Positions 1-7,983 of a stretch of DNA of 48,178 bases are shown piece by piece. Position 1 is the first letter of the stretch. Every line of letters starts with the position of its first letter. The notes under the pieces were generated by a model, which made no database searches, was not told the origin of the DNA, and worked only from the letters and a program-made list of their open reading frames with translations. The DNA lies in assembly GCA_002315715.1 (NCBI GenBank), contig DCHY01000029.1, forward strand, positions 1-48,178, given 5' to 3'. This stretch comes from Clostridiales bacterium UBA1740 (GTDB taxonomy: Bacteria > Bacillota > Clostridia > Oscillospirales > CAG-272). The position numbers were made by a program, and so were the translations under genes.

Positions 1-2
1 AC

Positions 3-1742
3 TTCCTCGGTATCATGCAGAACGAGTGGGCAGGCGCACAGGCATTCTCTTCCTTTGATACCTACTTGGCACCTTTCGTGAAGATCGACAACTTGACCTA
101 CGATCAGGTTAAGAAATGCATCGAATCTTTCATCTACGGCGTCAACACGCCTTCCCGTTGGGGTACGCAGGCGCCCTTCTCGAACATCACCCTTGACTGG
201 GTCGTTCCCGCCGACCTTGCCGAACTCAACTGTATCATCGGCGGCAAAGAAGTGGACTTCAAATACAAAGACTGCCAGCGTGAAATGGACATCGTCAACA
301 AAGCCTTTATCGAGGTTATGATCGAAGGCGATGCCAACGGCCGCGGCTTCCAGTATCCTATTCCCACCTACTCCATCACGAGAAACTTCGACTGGTCGGA
401 GACCGAAAACAACCGTCTTCTTTTCGAGATGACCGCCAAATACGGCACGCCTTACTTCTCGAACTACATCAACAGCGATATGGAACCCTCCGACGTCCGT
501 TCCATGTGTTGCCGTCTTCGTCTTGACCTTCGTGAACTTCGCAAGAAGTCGGGCGGTTTCTTCGGCAGCGGTGAGTCCACGGGTTCGGTCGGCGTCGTTA
601 CCATCAACATGCCGAGAATCGCTTATCTTGCCAAGGACGAGGCGGATTTCTATGCGCGCCTTGACCGCATGATGGACATCTCCGCAAGATCCTTGAAGAT
701 CAAACGTACCGTTATCACGAAACTCCTCGAAAACGGTCTGTATCCTTACACCAAACGTTACCTCGGCACCTTTGCCAACCACTTCTCGACCATCGGCCTT
801 GTCGGTATGAACGAAGTCGGTTTGAACGCCAAATGGCTCAGAGCCGATATGACGCATAAGAAGACGCAGGACTTCACGGCTGAGGTTCTCAACCACATGA
901 GAGAGCGTCTGTCCGATTATCAGGAAAAATACGGCGACCTTTACAACCTCGAAGCAACGCCTGCCGAATCCACCGCTTTCCGTCTTGCCAAGCACGACGT
1001 TAAGCGTTACCCCGGCATCATCACCGCTGCCAAGAAGGAAGGCGATACGCCTTATTACACCAACTCTTCGCACCTTCCCGTCGGCTACACCGAGGATATC
1101 TTCTCGGCACTTGACATTCAGGATAATCTCCAGACCCTTTACACCTCCGGCACGGTATTCCACGCCTTCCTCGGCGAGAAACTGCCCGACTGGAAAGCGG
1201 CGGCTGACCTTGTCCGCAAGATCGCCGAAAACTATAAACTTCCTTACTACACCATGTCTCCCACCTATGCCGTATGTAAAACGCACGGCTACATCGCCGG
1301 TGAAGTTTACACCTGCCCGATTTGCGGAGAAAAGACGGAAGTTTACAGCCGTATTACCGGTTACTACCGTCCCGTTCAGAACTGGAACGACGGAAAGTCG
1401 CAGGAATTCCAGGACCGTAAGGTTTACGACATCGCCCATTCTCACTTGACGCGCAACGGTTGTGTTTGCTGCGGCGAGGAAGAGAATATCCACGAAGTCA
1501 TCGAGAATCCCGGTGAAGATGCGGTTTACCTCTTTGCCACCGCAACCTGCCCGAACTGCAAAATCGCGGCAGCGCTCCTCGATAAAGCCGGTGTTGCTTA
1601 CCGCAAGGTAATCGCCAACGACGAGCCGGAACTGGCTACCAAATACGGTATCAAACAGGCTCCGACCTTGCTCTTCGATAAGGGCGGCAACATTGAAAAA
1701 TACGTCGGCGTTTCGGATATCAAAAAATATCTCGGCGCTTAA
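3..1742 (+). CDS. nrdD: Anaerobic (class III) ribonucleoside-triphosphate reductase, 5'-truncated by the window edge, with a C-terminal glutaredoxin/NrdH-like domain
   Basis: The frame is open from the window start (FLGIMQNEWAGAQAF). It has finger-loop SMCCR, LEATPAES, Zn site CKTH...CPIC, glycyl-radical loop YSRITGY, and a final ~72 aa with TCPNC...QAPTL. Confidence 0.95.
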   Translation, partial: FLGIMQNEWAGAQAFSSFDTYLAPFVKIDNLTYDQVKKCIESFIYGVNTPSRWGTQAPFSNITLDWVVPADLAELNCIIGGKEVDFKYKDCQREMDIVNKAFIEVMIEGDANGRGFQYPIPTYSITRNFDWSETENNRLLFEMTAKYGTPYFSNYINSDMEPSDVRSMCCRLRLDLRELRKKSGGFFGSGESTGSVGVVTINMPRIAYLAKDEADFYARLDRMMDISARSLKIKRTVITKLLENGLYPYTKRYLGTFANHFSTIGLVGMNEVGLNAKWLRADMTHKKTQDFTAEVLNHMRERLSDYQEKYGDLYNLEATPAESTAFRLAKHDVKRYPGIITAAKKEGDTPYYTNSSHLPVGYTEDIFSALDIQDNLQTLYTSGTVFHAFLGEKLPDWKAAADLVRKIAENYKLPYYTMSPTYAVCKTHGYIAGEVYTCPICGEKTEVYSRITGYYRPVQNWNDGKSQEFQDRKVYDIAHSHLTRNGCVCCGEEENIHEVIENPGEDAVYLFATATCPNCKIAAALLDKAGVAYRKVIANDEPELATKYGIKQAPTLLFDKGGNIEKYVGVSDIKKYLGA

Positions 1743-1763
1743 TCCAACACAGGGAGATACATC

Positions 1764-2672
1764 ATGTTTGATGTCATCGTTATCGGCGGCGGTCCTTCGG
1801 GACTGACCGCCGCCCTTTATGCACGGAGGGCAAATAAAACCGTGCTCGTCATCGAAAAGGACATTTTCGGCGGACAAATCACCTTCTCTCCGAAAGTTGA
1901 GAATATCCCGGGCTTTGCCGCCGTCACCGGCAACGAATTTGCGGAAAAACTCGTTGACCAGGTCTTGGGACAGGGGGCGGAAGTAGAGTATGACAAAGTC
2001 ACCGCCGTCGAAAAAACGGAAAACGGCTTCACGGTAAAAACCGAAGGTTCGTCCTTTGAGGGAAAAACCGTGATTTTGGCAACCGGCGCCAAGCACCGTA
2101 TGCTCGGCGTTGCCGGAGAAGAACAACTCGTCGGCCACGGCATTTCTTTCTGTGCCGTTTGTGACGGCGCTTTCTATGCCGGACGCACCGTCGGTGTTGT
2201 CGGCGGCGGAAACTCCGCTTTGCAGGAAGCCTTGATGCTCTCCGACCTCGTCAAAAAAGTGATTGTCATTCAAAACCTTGACTTCTTGACCGGCGAAAAG
2301 AAACTCCAAGAGGCGCTCGCCGCCAAAGATAACGTCGAAATTCTCCTCGGCACCGTCGTTGACGGTTTCGAGAAAGAAAACGGCGAACTGTCGGCGGTTC
2401 GCTTGGCAGATAAAAACGGCAAAACCGTTTTGCCGCTGGACGGTCTGTTTATCGCCATCGGCCTCGTTCCGCAGAACGAACCGTTCTCGTCGCTCGTTCG
2501 GCTGGATGAGCGCGGCTACGTCGTCGCCGACGAAGACGTGAAAACCGACACGCCGGGACTTTTCGTTGCCGGTGACTGCCGTCAAAAACGCATTCGCCAG
2601 GTTGCCACCGCCGCCGCTGACGGCGCCATCGCGGCACTTTCCGCCTGCGACTTTGTGGATTCCTTGACATAA
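1764..2672 (+). CDS. trxB: Thioredoxin-disulfide reductase
   Basis: GGGPSG FAD motif, CAVC redox pair, GGGNSA, GLFVAGD. Lies 21 nt after nrdD with a GGGAG RBS. Confidence 0.9.
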   Translation: MFDVIVIGGGPSGLTAALYARRANKTVLVIEKDIFGGQITFSPKVENIPGFAAVTGNEFAEKLVDQVLGQGAEVEYDKVTAVEKTENGFTVKTEGSSFEGKTVILATGAKHRMLGVAGEEQLVGHGISFCAVCDGAFYAGRTVGVVGGGNSALQEALMLSDLVKKVIVIQNLDFLTGEKKLQEALAAKDNVEILLGTVVDGFEKENGELSAVRLADKNGKTVLPLDGLFIAIGLVPQNEPFSSLVRLDERGYVVADEDVKTDTPGLFVAGDCRQKRIRQVATAAADGAIAALSACDFVDSLT

Positions 2673-2675
2673 TCC

Positions 2676-2709
2676 AAAGGGTATTTTGCATTTGCAAAAT
2701 ACCCTTTTT
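2676..2709 (+). terminator. Intrinsic terminator of nrdD-trxB
   Basis: AAAGGGTATTTTGCA / TGCAAAATACCCTTT inverted repeat running into T-rich sequence. Confidence 0.8.
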
Positions 2710-2723
2710 CCTTTTTCCGCTTC

Positions 2724-2752
2724 TTGACAATTATTGGCGTTGGTGATACAAT
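2724..2752 (+). promoter_or_regulatory. SigmaA promoter of nadE
   Basis: TTGACA-17-TACAAT with TG extended -10. Confidence 0.75.
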
Positions 2753-2790
2753 AAACGAGAAAAAAGCCTAACGTTTTGAGGTGAAAAACC

Positions 2791-3534
2791 ATGTTCCAAG
2801 TAGAAAAAACCGTGGACGCTCTCGTCCTCTGGATTCAAAAATTCTTTGAAGAAAACGGCAAAGGCTGTCCCGCCGTTCTCGGCATCTCGGGCGGCAAGGA
2901 CAGTTCCGTCGTGGCGGCGCTTTGCGCCAAAGCCCTCGGCAAAGAAAACGTCGTCGGCGTGCTGATGCCCTGCGGTCTTCAGGCGGATATCGACGCTTCG
3001 TACGACCTCGTGAATCACCTCGGCATTCGCCACGTCGTGATCAACATAAAGGATGCCGTCGAAGGCTTGACGGGTGCCATGCCGAAAGAAATGCCGCTCT
3101 CAAGGCAGGCAGAAGTCAACTTGCCGCCTCGTATCCGCATGGCGACGGTCTATGCCGTTTCTCAGTGTGTCGGCGGCAGAGTCGCCAACACCTGCAACCT
3201 TTCGGAAGATTGGGTGGGCTATTCGACACGCTACGGCGATGCCGCCGGAGATTTCAGTCCGCTTTCGCACTTGACGGTGCAGGAAGTGAAGGCCATCGGG
3301 CACTATCTCGGTTTGCCGACGCATTTGGTGGAAAAAGCGCCGAGCGACGGGCTTTGCGGCAAGACTGACGAAGACAACCTCGGTTTCACCTACGCCGAAC
3401 TCGACCGCTATATCCGAGAGGGAAAAATCGACGATCCCGAGAAAAAAGCGTTGATTGATAAAAAACACAAAGCCAATCTTTTCAAATTGCAACCGATGCC
3501 GTCGTTTGACCCCGAAATCCCGACGATTTCCTAA
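2791..3534 (+). CDS. nadE: NH3-dependent NAD+ synthetase (no glutaminase domain)
   Basis: GISGGKDS PP-loop, NxxPRIRM, GYSTRYGD, KAPSDGL, TDEDNLG. 247 aa, single domain. Confidence 0.93.
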   Translation: MFQVEKTVDALVLWIQKFFEENGKGCPAVLGISGGKDSSVVAALCAKALGKENVVGVLMPCGLQADIDASYDLVNHLGIRHVVINIKDAVEGLTGAMPKEMPLSRQAEVNLPPRIRMATVYAVSQCVGGRVANTCNLSEDWVGYSTRYGDAAGDFSPLSHLTVQEVKAIGHYLGLPTHLVEKAPSDGLCGKTDEDNLGFTYAELDRYIREGKIDDPEKKALIDKKHKANLFKLQPMPSFDPEIPTIS

Positions 3535-3535
3535 G

Positions 3536-3570
3536 AAAAACCGCGAAAGAATCCTTCTTTCGCGGTTTTT
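3536..3570 (+). terminator. Intrinsic terminator after nadE
   Basis: AAAAACCGCGAAAGAA / TTCTTTCGCGGTTTTT inverted repeat. Confidence 0.85.
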
Positions 3571-3608
3571 GTTGTCATAATGTTATAATAATAATTTCGA
3601 AAAAGTGA

Positions 3609-3637
3609 TTGACTTGTCGTTTTTTGTATGTTATGAT
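3609..3637 (+). promoter_or_regulatory. SigmaA promoter of the acyltransferase gene
   Basis: TTGACT-17-TATGAT with TG extension. Confidence 0.6.
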
Positions 3638-3695
3638 GTATGGCGTCGTGTTATTTTAAATATTTTAAGGAGATAGTGCCACGGCACGTTGCTCT

Positions 3696-4994
3696 ATGAA
3701 AAAGAACAAACCGTTTGAAACGACCAAAAAGCCGAAAACACCCTATCGTCTTTTGATGCCCGTTGAGTGGGGCGGAACGCTCGGCTATATTTCCCGTGTC
3801 CACTGGGGCAAAATCGACCGTCACGGTATCAAAAAAATGAAACCGCCCTTCCTTCTTCTTGCCAATCACGGTTCCATGATTGATTTTCCCATGGCAGTGA
3901 AAGCCGTTTTCCCTTTTCGTTGTAATTGGGTCATCTCCATCGAAGAATTCGTCGGCAGAGAATGGCTGATGCGCGGCATCGGCGGCGTATATAAGCGCAA
4001 GTTCACCTCCGATATGACCTTCCTTCGCCACCTTTTCGACGTCCTCAAGAAAAAACGCCGTCCCTGCATCATGTACCCCGAGGCGCGTTTCTCTCTTGCC
4101 GGCATCAACGAGCGTATGAGCGAAGCCCTCGGTCAACTTGCCAAGACGGCAAACGTCCCCGTTTATACTCTGATTTCGCACGGCAATTTTCTCTATCAAC
4201 CGCAGTGGAACAAAGCGCACGTCAACCATATTCCCGTCACCGCCGATTTGAAGATGGTAGTCTCGGAAGAAGAAGTCGGAACGCTTTCGGCGGAGGAAAT
4301 TCAGCGCCGTATCGAAGAATCTTTCGTCTACGACGATTACGCTTGGCAGGCAGAGAACAAAGTGCCGATCTTCTCACGCTTCCGCTGCGAGAACATCGAG
4401 CGCATCCTCTACCGTTGCCCCGTTTGTGAAAAAGAATTTGCCATGCGCGGAAAAGGAAACGGCATCACCTGCGGCGCTTGCGGTTCCCACTGGGATATGA
4501 ATCGTTACGGCGTGCTTCATTCGGAAAATGCCAAGGACACTTTCACCCACGTTCCTGATTGGTACCGCTGGGAAAGAGAAAAGACCGTCGAAGAAGTCAG
4601 AAGCGGAGAATATCTCATGGAAGATACCGTCCGTATCGAGCGCCTTGTCAATTGCAAGGTCGGATTTAGGACCATCGGCAACGTCAATATGACCCACGGC
4701 AAAGACGGCTTCGTCCTTGACGGCACCCTCGATAACGGCGAGCATTTTCATCTTCACCGTCCCCCCGAAACCATGGAATCCTGCCATATTGAATATGATT
4801 TCCATAAAAAAGGCGTCGAAAATCGCGGCGCCGCCATCGACCTTTGCAACCGCACCGACACCTATTTCGTTTTCCCGATTCATAAGCCCGACGCTCTGAC
4901 GAAAATTCACTTTGCCACCGAAGCGCTTTACGATATCGCAAGAGAAAACAGTAAAAAAGGCGCGGCACATAAAACCCAAACCGAACAGGCATAA
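3696..4994 (+). CDS. PlsC-like lysophospholipid acyltransferase with a C-terminal zinc-ribbon-containing extension
   Basis: NHGSMID (HX4D) and YPEA (FPEG-like) motifs; CPVC...CGAC further downstream. Confidence 0.8.
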   Translation: MKKNKPFETTKKPKTPYRLLMPVEWGGTLGYISRVHWGKIDRHGIKKMKPPFLLLANHGSMIDFPMAVKAVFPFRCNWVISIEEFVGREWLMRGIGGVYKRKFTSDMTFLRHLFDVLKKKRRPCIMYPEARFSLAGINERMSEALGQLAKTANVPVYTLISHGNFLYQPQWNKAHVNHIPVTADLKMVVSEEEVGTLSAEEIQRRIEESFVYDDYAWQAENKVPIFSRFRCENIERILYRCPVCEKEFAMRGKGNGITCGACGSHWDMNRYGVLHSENAKDTFTHVPDWYRWEREKTVEEVRSGEYLMEDTVRIERLVNCKVGFRTIGNVNMTHGKDGFVLDGTLDNGEHFHLHRPPETMESCHIEYDFHKKGVENRGAAIDLCNRTDTYFVFPIHKPDALTKIHFATEALYDIARENSKKGAAHKTQTEQA

Positions 4995-4999
4995 AAAAC

Positions 5000-5050
5000 G
5001 CCGCCACGGCGCTCGTAAAAATTTGCGAAGCGCCGGGCGGCTCTTTTTTT
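5000..5050. terminator. Probable bidirectional terminator between convergent genes
   Basis: Imperfect hairpin GCCGCC-CGGCGCT...AGCGCCG-GGCGGC, with an A-run before and T7 after. Confidence 0.65.
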
Positions 5051-5055
5051 GTCGG

Positions 5056-6249
5056 TTATTTGAGTTTTTCACGCAAGGCAATTTCCATTTGCTCGCGCTT
5101 TTTGGATTCTTTTTCCCAATCGAGAAGCGTCGGCATGACAGAGGAAAGTTCTGTCAGCGCCTTCGGCACTTCGATTTTTTGGGGACAAATGGAGGTACAA
5201 TGCCCGCAGCCGATACAGCAAGAGGGAAGTTTGTCTTTCGCCAAAGACTGTAAGCGCATGGCGGCAGTCATACTGCCTTCTTTGCTGAACTTGATATCGT
5301 TATAGCAGGAAATAAGCGTCGGAATATCCAGTCCCATCGGGCACTCCGAAACGCAGTAACGGCAAGACGTGCAGGGCAGAGATTTTTTCATCTTTTCGGC
5401 AAGGGACAAGATTTTTTCGGTTTCTTCATCGTTCAACATCACGCCCTCGTCAAAGGTTTTGATATTCTCTTTCATTTGTTCAAGGGCGGACATGCCCGAG
5501 AGGGTGATAGCAACGTTGTCAAAGCGGCGGATAAACGAGAGCGCTGCTTCGGCAGGTTGCATGCCTTTGCGAATGGCGTTGATTTCGGCTTTTTCTTCGT
5601 CGGTGATTTTGGCAAGGCGACCGCCGCGAATGGGCTCCATGACGATCACGGGAATGCCTTTTTGCGTGAGATATTCATATTTGTCTTTTGCCTTTTGCAG
5701 GGTGTAGTCAAGGTAATTGAACTGTATCTGGCAGAAGTCGAAAAGCCCAGGAAACCGCTCGACGATTTCTTTCAGACAAAAGATATCGGCGTGAGAGGAA
5801 AAACCGAGATGTTTGATTCTTCCAAGCCGTTTTTGCTCACAAAAGTAGTCAATAATGCCCCATTTTTCGTCAGTATAAACGGGAAGAGACTTTTCATAAA
5901 CGTTGTGAAGAAGGTAAAAATCGAAGTATTCCACGCCGCATTTTTTCAGTTGGTCTTCGAAAATGCCTTGCGGGTCATACACGTCGCGAATTTGATGCCC
6001 CGGGAATTTGTCCGCCAAAAGGAAGGATTCGCGCGGATAGCGGGAGAGCGATTTGCCGACGACGACTTCACTCATGCCGCCGTGATAGGGATATGCCGTA
6101 TCGAAATAATTGACGCCGTTTTGCATGGCGGTGTCGATCATCTCGTCTACGCGCCCTTCGTCAATGGTGCCGTCCTCTTTGGTGGGAAGACGCATGGTGC
6201 CGAATCCGAGTTTCGGTACCGCCGTACCTTGAATAAAAGAAGTATCCAT
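5056..6249 (-). CDS. Aldo/keto reductase with C-terminal 4Fe-4S dicluster domain
   Basis: LGFGTMRLP, YFDTAYPY, YLLH, VMEPIRGG; C-terminal CTSCRYC...CP and CIGCGHC...CP. Confidence 0.9.
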   Translation of the reverse strand: MDTSFIQGTAVPKLGFGTMRLPTKEDGTIDEGRVDEMIDTAMQNGVNYFDTAYPYHGGMSEVVVGKSLSRYPRESFLLADKFPGHQIRDVYDPQGIFEDQLKKCGVEYFDFYLLHNVYEKSLPVYTDEKWGIIDYFCEQKRLGRIKHLGFSSHADIFCLKEIVERFPGLFDFCQIQFNYLDYTLQKAKDKYEYLTQKGIPVIVMEPIRGGRLAKITDEEKAEINAIRKGMQPAEAALSFIRRFDNVAITLSGMSALEQMKENIKTFDEGVMLNDEETEKILSLAEKMKKSLPCTSCRYCVSECPMGLDIPTLISCYNDIKFSKEGSMTAAMRLQSLAKDKLPSCCIGCGHCTSICPQKIEVPKALTELSSVMPTLLDWEKESKKREQMEIALREKLK

Positions 6250-6278
6250 AACAGCCTCTTTTTCGTTTGATTGCTTTC

Positions 6279-6307
6279 ATTATAGCAGATTTTCGGTATT
6301 TTGCCAA
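6279..6307 (-). promoter_or_regulatory. SigmaA promoter of the aldo/keto reductase
   Basis: Minus strand TTGGCA-17-TATAAT with TG extension. Confidence 0.6.
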
Positions 6308-6365
6308 GACTTCACCGTAATTTTGTCTTTCCGTAAACTGATAAAAACGAAAAAGGAAAAGACAG

Positions 6366-6920
6366 ATGATTGAGAGCAAACCATACAACCGCGACCATGC
6401 CGTAACCTATGCCAAAAAGTGGGCTTACGCCCAAAATCCGCTCTTCGGCAGTTTTGCCGGGATTGGCGGTAACTGTACGAATTTCGTCTCGCAGTGCCTC
6501 TATGCCGGTTCTTGCCAAATGAATTACAAAGCCGTTTTCGGGTGGTATTATATCTCGCTTGAGGACAGAACCGCCTCTTGGACGGGGGTCGAATTTTTCT
6601 ACAACTTTCTTCTCGGCAACAAGGGCGTCGGTCCCTACGGACGCGAATGCCGACCGGACGAAACGGCGCTCGGTGACGTCATTCAACTTTCACGGGAGGC
6701 GACGGGATTTTATCACTCGCTGCTTATCGTCGGCTACGACGGGGAAGATCCGCTCGTCGCCGCGCAAACCGACAATGCGTATAACAGACCGCTTTCTTCC
6801 TACACCTTCGATACGGCGCGGTATCTCAAAATCGAAGGGGTGCGTTTTGACGGAAAACCCATCACGGAAGCCTGCTTCGACGACGTTTTACTCGGCGTCT
6901 CCCTTTCACCCACGCCCTAA
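6366..6920 (+). CDS. Amidase_6 (putative amidase) domain protein
   Basis: YNRxxAVxYAxKW, GGNCTNFVSQCL and GDVIQ...YHS motifs typical of the family. Confidence 0.8.
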   Translation: MIESKPYNRDHAVTYAKKWAYAQNPLFGSFAGIGGNCTNFVSQCLYAGSCQMNYKAVFGWYYISLEDRTASWTGVEFFYNFLLGNKGVGPYGRECRPDETALGDVIQLSREATGFYHSLLIVGYDGEDPLVAAQTDNAYNRPLSSYTFDTARYLKIEGVRFDGKPITEACFDDVLLGVSLSPTP

Positions 6921-6927
6921 AATCAAC

Positions 6928-6956
6928 TTGACTTTATGCGCACGTAATGGTATACT
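6928..6956 (+). promoter_or_regulatory. SigmaA promoter of the DMT-lyase-ECF unit
   Basis: TTGACT-17-TATACT with TG extension. Confidence 0.65.
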
Positions 6957-6986
6957 GTTTGTGAAATTTTCATCGTCGAGGACTTT

Positions 6987-7970
6987 ATGAAAAAGTATAT
7001 CTCACCTATGTTTCTTTTTATGGCGGCTTTGTTTTGGGGCATTTCCTTTCCGATTCAAAAATGGATTGCCGATATGGACCTGCCGCTCTTTCCTTATTAC
7101 GCAACGCGAAGCCTGATCGGCGTGCTCTTCCTGATGGGCGCTGCGATGGCGTTTGATCATTTTTCGAAAAACGGTCGGCATCTGTTCGGTCACGGCAAAT
7201 TTTTGGATATCACGAAAGAGGAATGGATAGGCGGTGTCGTCTGCGGTGCGTTTTTGATCGTTGCGTCACTTCTTCAGCAATACGGCATGGTAGGCGATAC
7301 GGATTCCGGCAAAAGCGGTTTCATCACGGCGCTCTATTCCGTTTTCGTTCCGATTCTCGGCTTGGCACTCGGCAAAAAGCCCAAAAAACAAATTTGGATT
7401 TGCCTTCCTGTTGCGGTGGCGGGCTTCTATTTTCTCTGCGTCAAGACGGGCTTCGTCGTTACGACGTCCGACTTGATCACCTTGCTTTGCGCCCTCATGT
7501 TTGCCTTTCAGATTATGGCGATTGACCGTTTCGTCGAACGTTGCGACCCGATTCGCTTGTCGATGGTTCAGTTCTTCTTCAGCGGTATGCTTGCGGTCGT
7601 ATTGGCACTCCTCTGCCGTCAGTCTTTTTCCACCGTCATCTTTGCTCCCGACGGCAACGTCAGCGGCGGCATCATTTGGCGCATTCTCTATCTCGGCATT
7701 ATGTCAAGCGGCGTGGCTTACACCTCTCAAATGTTGGGGCAAAAAGGAACCGATCCTTCCGTTGCCTCGCTCTTGCTTTGTTTGGAGTCGGTATTCGCGG
7801 TCATCAGCGGCGCTATCCTTCTCGGTGAAACCATGCAGGGCAGAGAAATTGTCGGTTGCATTCTCGTTTTCCTTGCCGTCGCCTCGGCACAACTGGATTT
7901 TCAGGACGTGAAAGATAAGTTGAAAAACAAAAAGAATGCGCAGAAAGGCGCGCTTCCCAAAGACAATTAA
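6987..7970 (+). CDS. DMT/EamA family transporter
   Basis: About 10 hydrophobic segments; ALFWGISF, KSGFITALY, LLCLESVFA motifs. Confidence 0.9.
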   Translation: MKKYISPMFLFMAALFWGISFPIQKWIADMDLPLFPYYATRSLIGVLFLMGAAMAFDHFSKNGRHLFGHGKFLDITKEEWIGGVVCGAFLIVASLLQQYGMVGDTDSGKSGFITALYSVFVPILGLALGKKPKKQIWICLPVAVAGFYFLCVKTGFVVTTSDLITLLCALMFAFQIMAIDRFVERCDPIRLSMVQFFFSGMLAVVLALLCRQSFSTVIFAPDGNVSGGIIWRILYLGIMSSGVAYTSQMLGQKGTDPSVASLLLCLESVFAVISGAILLGETMQGREIVGCILVFLAVASAQLDFQDVKDKLKNKKNAQKGALPKDN

Positions 7971-7983
7971 GAAAGGAACTCCC

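Noticed and set aside
15-17. ATG at 15 as the nrdD start
   Set aside because: The frame is open to the window edge and the N-terminal part of NrdD is missing, so the gene begins upstream.
1764-2672. Ferredoxin-dependent flavin thioredoxin reductase assignment
   Set aside because: The GGGNSA pyridine-nucleotide motif is intact and there is no extended C-terminal tail. NADH use is the simpler reading.
3667-3699. 7-codon GTG minigene whose TGA overlaps the acyltransferase ATG
   Set aside because: AAGGAG is only 3 nt from the GTG, too close for efficient initiation. No other support.
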